Below, piece after piece: positions 62,001-64,000 of a stretch of DNA of 64,000 bases (its first letter is position 1; each line of letters starts with the position of its first letter). The stretch is taken from positions 1,563 to 65,562 of the forward strand of contig JAPKAV010000005.1 of NCBI GenBank assembly GCA_028825115.1. The letters are read 5' to 3'. This DNA comes from Candidatus Nanopelagicales bacterium (lineage in GTDB: Bacteria; Actinomycetota; Actinomycetes; S36-B12). Position numbers and translations under genes: made by a program. The notes below the pieces were generated by a model, which made no database searches, was not told where the DNA came from, and saw only the letters and a program-made list of their open reading frames with translations.

Positions 62001-62629
62001 AAGTTTCGCTCGATTGCTAACCCGTGATCCATGATCTCGGCAAAGAAATTTCCCGTACCGAAAATGTCACGATAGTCCGCGGCCGCCGCGAGTGCCTTCT
62101 TGTACTGACCGGCTTGTAACCAGCGATTCACTTCACCACTCGCACAACCGGTTGTCCCGATCAAGCCTTTTCCGTAGCGGTCTAAAAGTTCCCGGTCAAA
62201 GCGGGGCTTGTGGTAGTAGCCTTCGATACTGGCTAGGGATGACAAGCGAAACAGGTTATGCATCCCCTGGGTGTTCTCTGCCCAAAGGGTCATATGCGTG
62301 TAACTTTGCTTACCGCGACCAGCCCCAGGATCTTCGGGAGCTCCCTCGTCAAAACCACCGCCAAAATCAAACCGAGAACGCTCAAATCGGCCCTGGGGGG
62401 CGTAATAACCTTCCAGCCCGATTATTGGCTTTACACCGTGCGCCTTGCCCTTTTTCCAGAAGTCATATGCGCCAAAGAGGTTGCCATGGTCGGTCATGGC
62501 AATAGCGGGCATGCCTTGTTCTTTTGCCGCTAAAAAAAGCTCATCTAGCTTCGATGCGCCATCAAGCATCGAATATTCGGTGTGAACATGCAGGTGGACA
62601 AAGTCGCCACCTCTATCCGTTGCACCCAC
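59084..62629 (-). CDS. dnaE: DNA polymerase III alpha subunit
   Basis: 1181 aa. PHP domain (FVHLHVHTEYSMLDG), palm/fingers (PDIDIDF, GLLKMDFLGL) and an OB-fold C-terminus. Confidence 0.97.
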   Translation of the reverse strand: MGATDRGGDFVHLHVHTEYSMLDGASKLDELFLAAKEQGMPAIAMTDHGNLFGAYDFWKKGKAHGVKPIIGLEGYYAPQGRFERSRFDFGGGFDEGAPEDPGAGRGKQSYTHMTLWAENTQGMHNLFRLSSLASIEGYYHKPRFDRELLDRYGKGLIGTTGCASGEVNRWLQAGQYKKALAAAADYRDIFGTGNFFAEIMDHGLAIERNFMPDLIKIAKALDLPLIATNDMHYIHEGDADTHDVLLCIGTRTTLDDPKRFRFDARDFYLKSAAQMRELWSEFPEACNNTLLIAERCNVEFSEGANLMPRADIPAGESEESWLVKEVEIGLARRYSAGVPDPVRTQAEYELGVIAQMGFPGYFLVVADLVKHAKTSGIRVGPGRGSAAGAMIAYALGITDLDPIEHGLLFERFLNPERISMPDIDIDFDERRRADMIRYATEKYGEERVAQIVTYGSIKAKAAVKDSARVLGLPYSVGERITKAMPPSLMGKDITLKGAFDPEDSRYSEAAEFRALYLSDPEAKTVVDTAKGLEGLKRQPGVHAAGVILCSEPLMDVIPVWKREQDGAIITQFDMGACEALGLLKMDFLGLRNLSVLDDCLENIMRNTGVEVVLETLGLDDGPAYELLSRGDTLGVFQLDGGPMRSLLRSMAPDNFEDISAVLALYRPGPMGANAHNDYADRKNGRKPVVPIHPELEAPLGEILGDTYGLIVYQEQVMAIAQLLAGYSLGKADLLRRAMGKKKKEILEQEFVPFSEGMRERGFSEPAINKLWEVLVPFSDYAFNKAHTAGYGLVSYWTAYLKANYPAEYMAALLTSMADDKERSAIYLNECRRMGIKVLPPDVNDSDANYTPRGSDIRFGLTAIRNVGTNVVESIIATRNKVGRFADFHDFIAKVDIAVCNRRVVESLVKAGAFDSLGHTRKGLSGVHEQVIDAAVDIKRSEAIGQFDLFGGLEEGGGESLIERPVIGITEWEKSLLLAHERDMLGLYVSDHPLFGMESALAQLSDRSIASVLIDEHLDGQVVSLGGLVTSVVRKTTKKGSAWAIVTIEDLEGTLEVMVFPASYASFGTLLVDDSILVIRTKIDRSDEDGIRAIALEVIAPDLSGAPAGPVRLTMAAARCVPPLVARLKTILAQHPGTTEVQLHLSGGTSTTVMKLDDIFRVTPSPSLFGDLKALLGSSCLM

Positions 62630-62726
62630 GCCATCACCCTTATCAATCTACGACTTGCCTGCCAATAATTTCCGTGAAAACCATCTGCCGGACCACTGCA
62701 TAAGGGGAAGATGCAGAATTTAGCTC

Positions 62727-63653
62727 TCAAGCATCGCGCAAAATTCCTAGAGCACGAGTGAGGTCTTCGCTGTATTCACTTTTCAGTTCAACTTTTTCAC
62801 CCGTCCGCGGGTGATCGAATCCAAGTTCAACCGCGTGTAACCACTGGCGATCTAGACCTAATCGAGCCGCTAAAACCGGATCTCCACCGTACATGGTGTC
62901 CCCGGCAATTGGATGACGCATCGCTGACATATGCACCCGAATTTGATGGGTTCTCCCGGTTTCCAGTTGCACCTGCACTAATGAAGCATGCCGAAATGCT
63001 TCCAAGGTTTCGTAGTGGGTGACGCTAGCCTTACCACCCATGGTGACTGCATACTTGTACTCGTGACCGGGATGACGCCCAATGGCAGCGTCAATTGTTC
63101 CCACAAGTGGATCCAGTAGTCCTTGGACAACCGCGTGGTAGCGCTTGCGCACCTCCCGATTCCGGAACAGATTTTTCATGCGCGAGTAAGAAATCTCGTT
63201 TTTGGCCACGGCCATGAGCCCAGAAGTCCCTGCATCAAGTCGGTGGACGATACCTTCTCGTTCTGGAGCTCCTGACGTACTAATTGTGTACCCGGCCGCA
63301 GCCAAGCCACCAATCACTGTCGGACCTTCCCAACCGCGGCTGGGGTGGGCTGCGACCCCAGGTGGCTTATCAACGACAACTAGATCCGAGTCATCGTAAA
63401 TAATTTGCATCCCTGGAACTGGCTCGGCAATGATCTTAATCGTTTGCTTTGTTGGTGAAATATCTAGATCAACATCAATCTTTTGACCTTCAATCACGCG
63501 ATCACTTTTGACCAATGAACGGTCAGAAGCACAGATTGCACCAGTCTCAATCAGTGCCACGGCAGCGGAGCGGCTCAGACCCAGCAGTCGGGTTAAGGCG
63601 ACGTCAACCCGTTCACCGGCAAGACCTTCCGGGATTGTGAACTCACGAATCAC
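62727..63653 (-). CDS. rluD: RluA/RluD-family 23S rRNA pseudouridine synthase
   Basis: S4 domain plus the catalytic motif HRLDAGTSGLMAVAK, then HQIRVH. ATGA overlap with the lspA stop. Confidence 0.9.
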   Translation of the reverse strand: MIREFTIPEGLAGERVDVALTRLLGLSRSAAVALIETGAICASDRSLVKSDRVIEGQKIDVDLDISPTKQTIKIIAEPVPGMQIIYDDSDLVVVDKPPGVAAHPSRGWEGPTVIGGLAAAGYTISTSGAPEREGIVHRLDAGTSGLMAVAKNEISYSRMKNLFRNREVRKRYHAVVQGLLDPLVGTIDAAIGRHPGHEYKYAVTMGGKASVTHYETLEAFRHASLVQVQLETGRTHQIRVHMSAMRHPIAGDTMYGGDPVLAARLGLDRQWLHAVELGFDHPRTGEKVELKSEYSEDLTRALGILRDA

Positions 63654-64000
63654 AGGTCTGTCTCCAACTGGGAGCCAGCCACTTCTGGCTTTCCATCAAG
63701 CGGCACCCCACGAACCAACAAAATCGCCATGCCGATTCCTGAAATGACCACGGCCATATCTGCAATGTTAAAAATTGCCCAATAAGGAAGTTGGATGAAA
63801 TCAACAACCGCACCCTCGAATGGGCCTGGTGAGCGAAACATGCGGTCAATCAAGTTTCCCAATGAACCACCGAGTATCCCGCCGAGAGCAAGCGCCCACC
63901 GAAGGCTTCCCAGCCGTAACGCATAACGAAAAATAACCACAACAACGGCAATTGCGATCAATGTGAACAGCCAGGTGATGCCCGTACCTATGGAAAAGGC
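63650..64000 (-). CDS. lspA: lipoprotein signal peptidase II, C-terminal part (gene runs off the window end)
   Basis: GGSLGNLIDR, VVDFI, FNIADMAV catalytic-Asp motifs. The frame stays open to the window edge (AFSIGTGITWLFTLIAIAVV...), so the ORF-track TTG at 63961 is not the true start. Confidence 0.85.
   Translation of the reverse strand, partial: AFSIGTGITWLFTLIAIAVVVVIFRYALRLGSLRWALALGGILGGSLGNLIDRMFRSPGPFEGAVVDFIQLPYWAIFNIADMAVVISGIGMAILLVRGVPLDGKPEVAGSQLETDL

Noticed and set aside
1-64000. Mobile elements, prophage, genomic island, CRISPR array, toxin-antitoxin or restriction/defence genes
   Set aside because: There is no transposase, integrase or recombinase, no phage structural gene, no direct-repeat array, no flanking tRNA, and no obvious compositional break by eye. 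Every CDS but one is a recognisable housekeeping family.

Overview
This window is core chromosome from a compact, mid-GC actinobacterium (low-to-mid 50s % GC judged by eye, not computed). Gene order follows the conserved Actinobacteria blocks known from Mycobacterium, Corynebacterium and Streptomyces. Read on the minus strand from high to low coordinates: lspA-rluD-dnaE; hisD-C-B-H-A-F-I; trpE, two Trp-associated membrane proteins, a two-component system, trpC-B-A-lgt; a DsbA-like protein; gltB-gltD; pyk; pyrR-B-C, a carAB stump, pyrK-D-F; gmk-rpoZ-coaBC-metK-priA; def-fmt-rsmB-rpe; ribD-E-H; hisE-G; an SseB-like gene; infC-rpmI-rplT and a TrmH-family methylase; an orphan oxygenase-like gene; cysD-cysNC; pheS-T; argC-J-B-D-R-H. 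I call 63 intact CDS, 60 of them on the minus strand, plus one pseudogene. Coding density is very high (my estimate about 95%), and many gene pairs have 1- or 4-nt stop/start overlaps. I found no rRNA, tRNA, CRISPR array, transposase, integrase or phage gene. I do not see a convincing novel multi-gene system; the region is housekeeping. The strongest observations are listed here. (1) A carA'-'carB deletion scar with extra frameshift and nonsense lesions sits inside an otherwise intact pyrimidine operon. (2) argF/argG, ribBA and mihF are cleanly absent from their canonical slots. (3) An uncharacterised HxD...H cupin/2OG-oxygenase-like gene heads a cysD-cysNC insertion that is chained to pheST. 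(4) A roughly 270-nt hairpin-dense leader with an intrinsic terminator lies upstream of an ATC-initiated infC. (5) A PyrR-box hairpin appears to sequester the pyrR ribosome-binding site. (6) The PriA homologue lacks Walker A and DExH motifs. Several ORF-track starts were moved downstream where the long version overlapped the upstream gene and a coupled ATGA/GTGA/TAATG start was visible.
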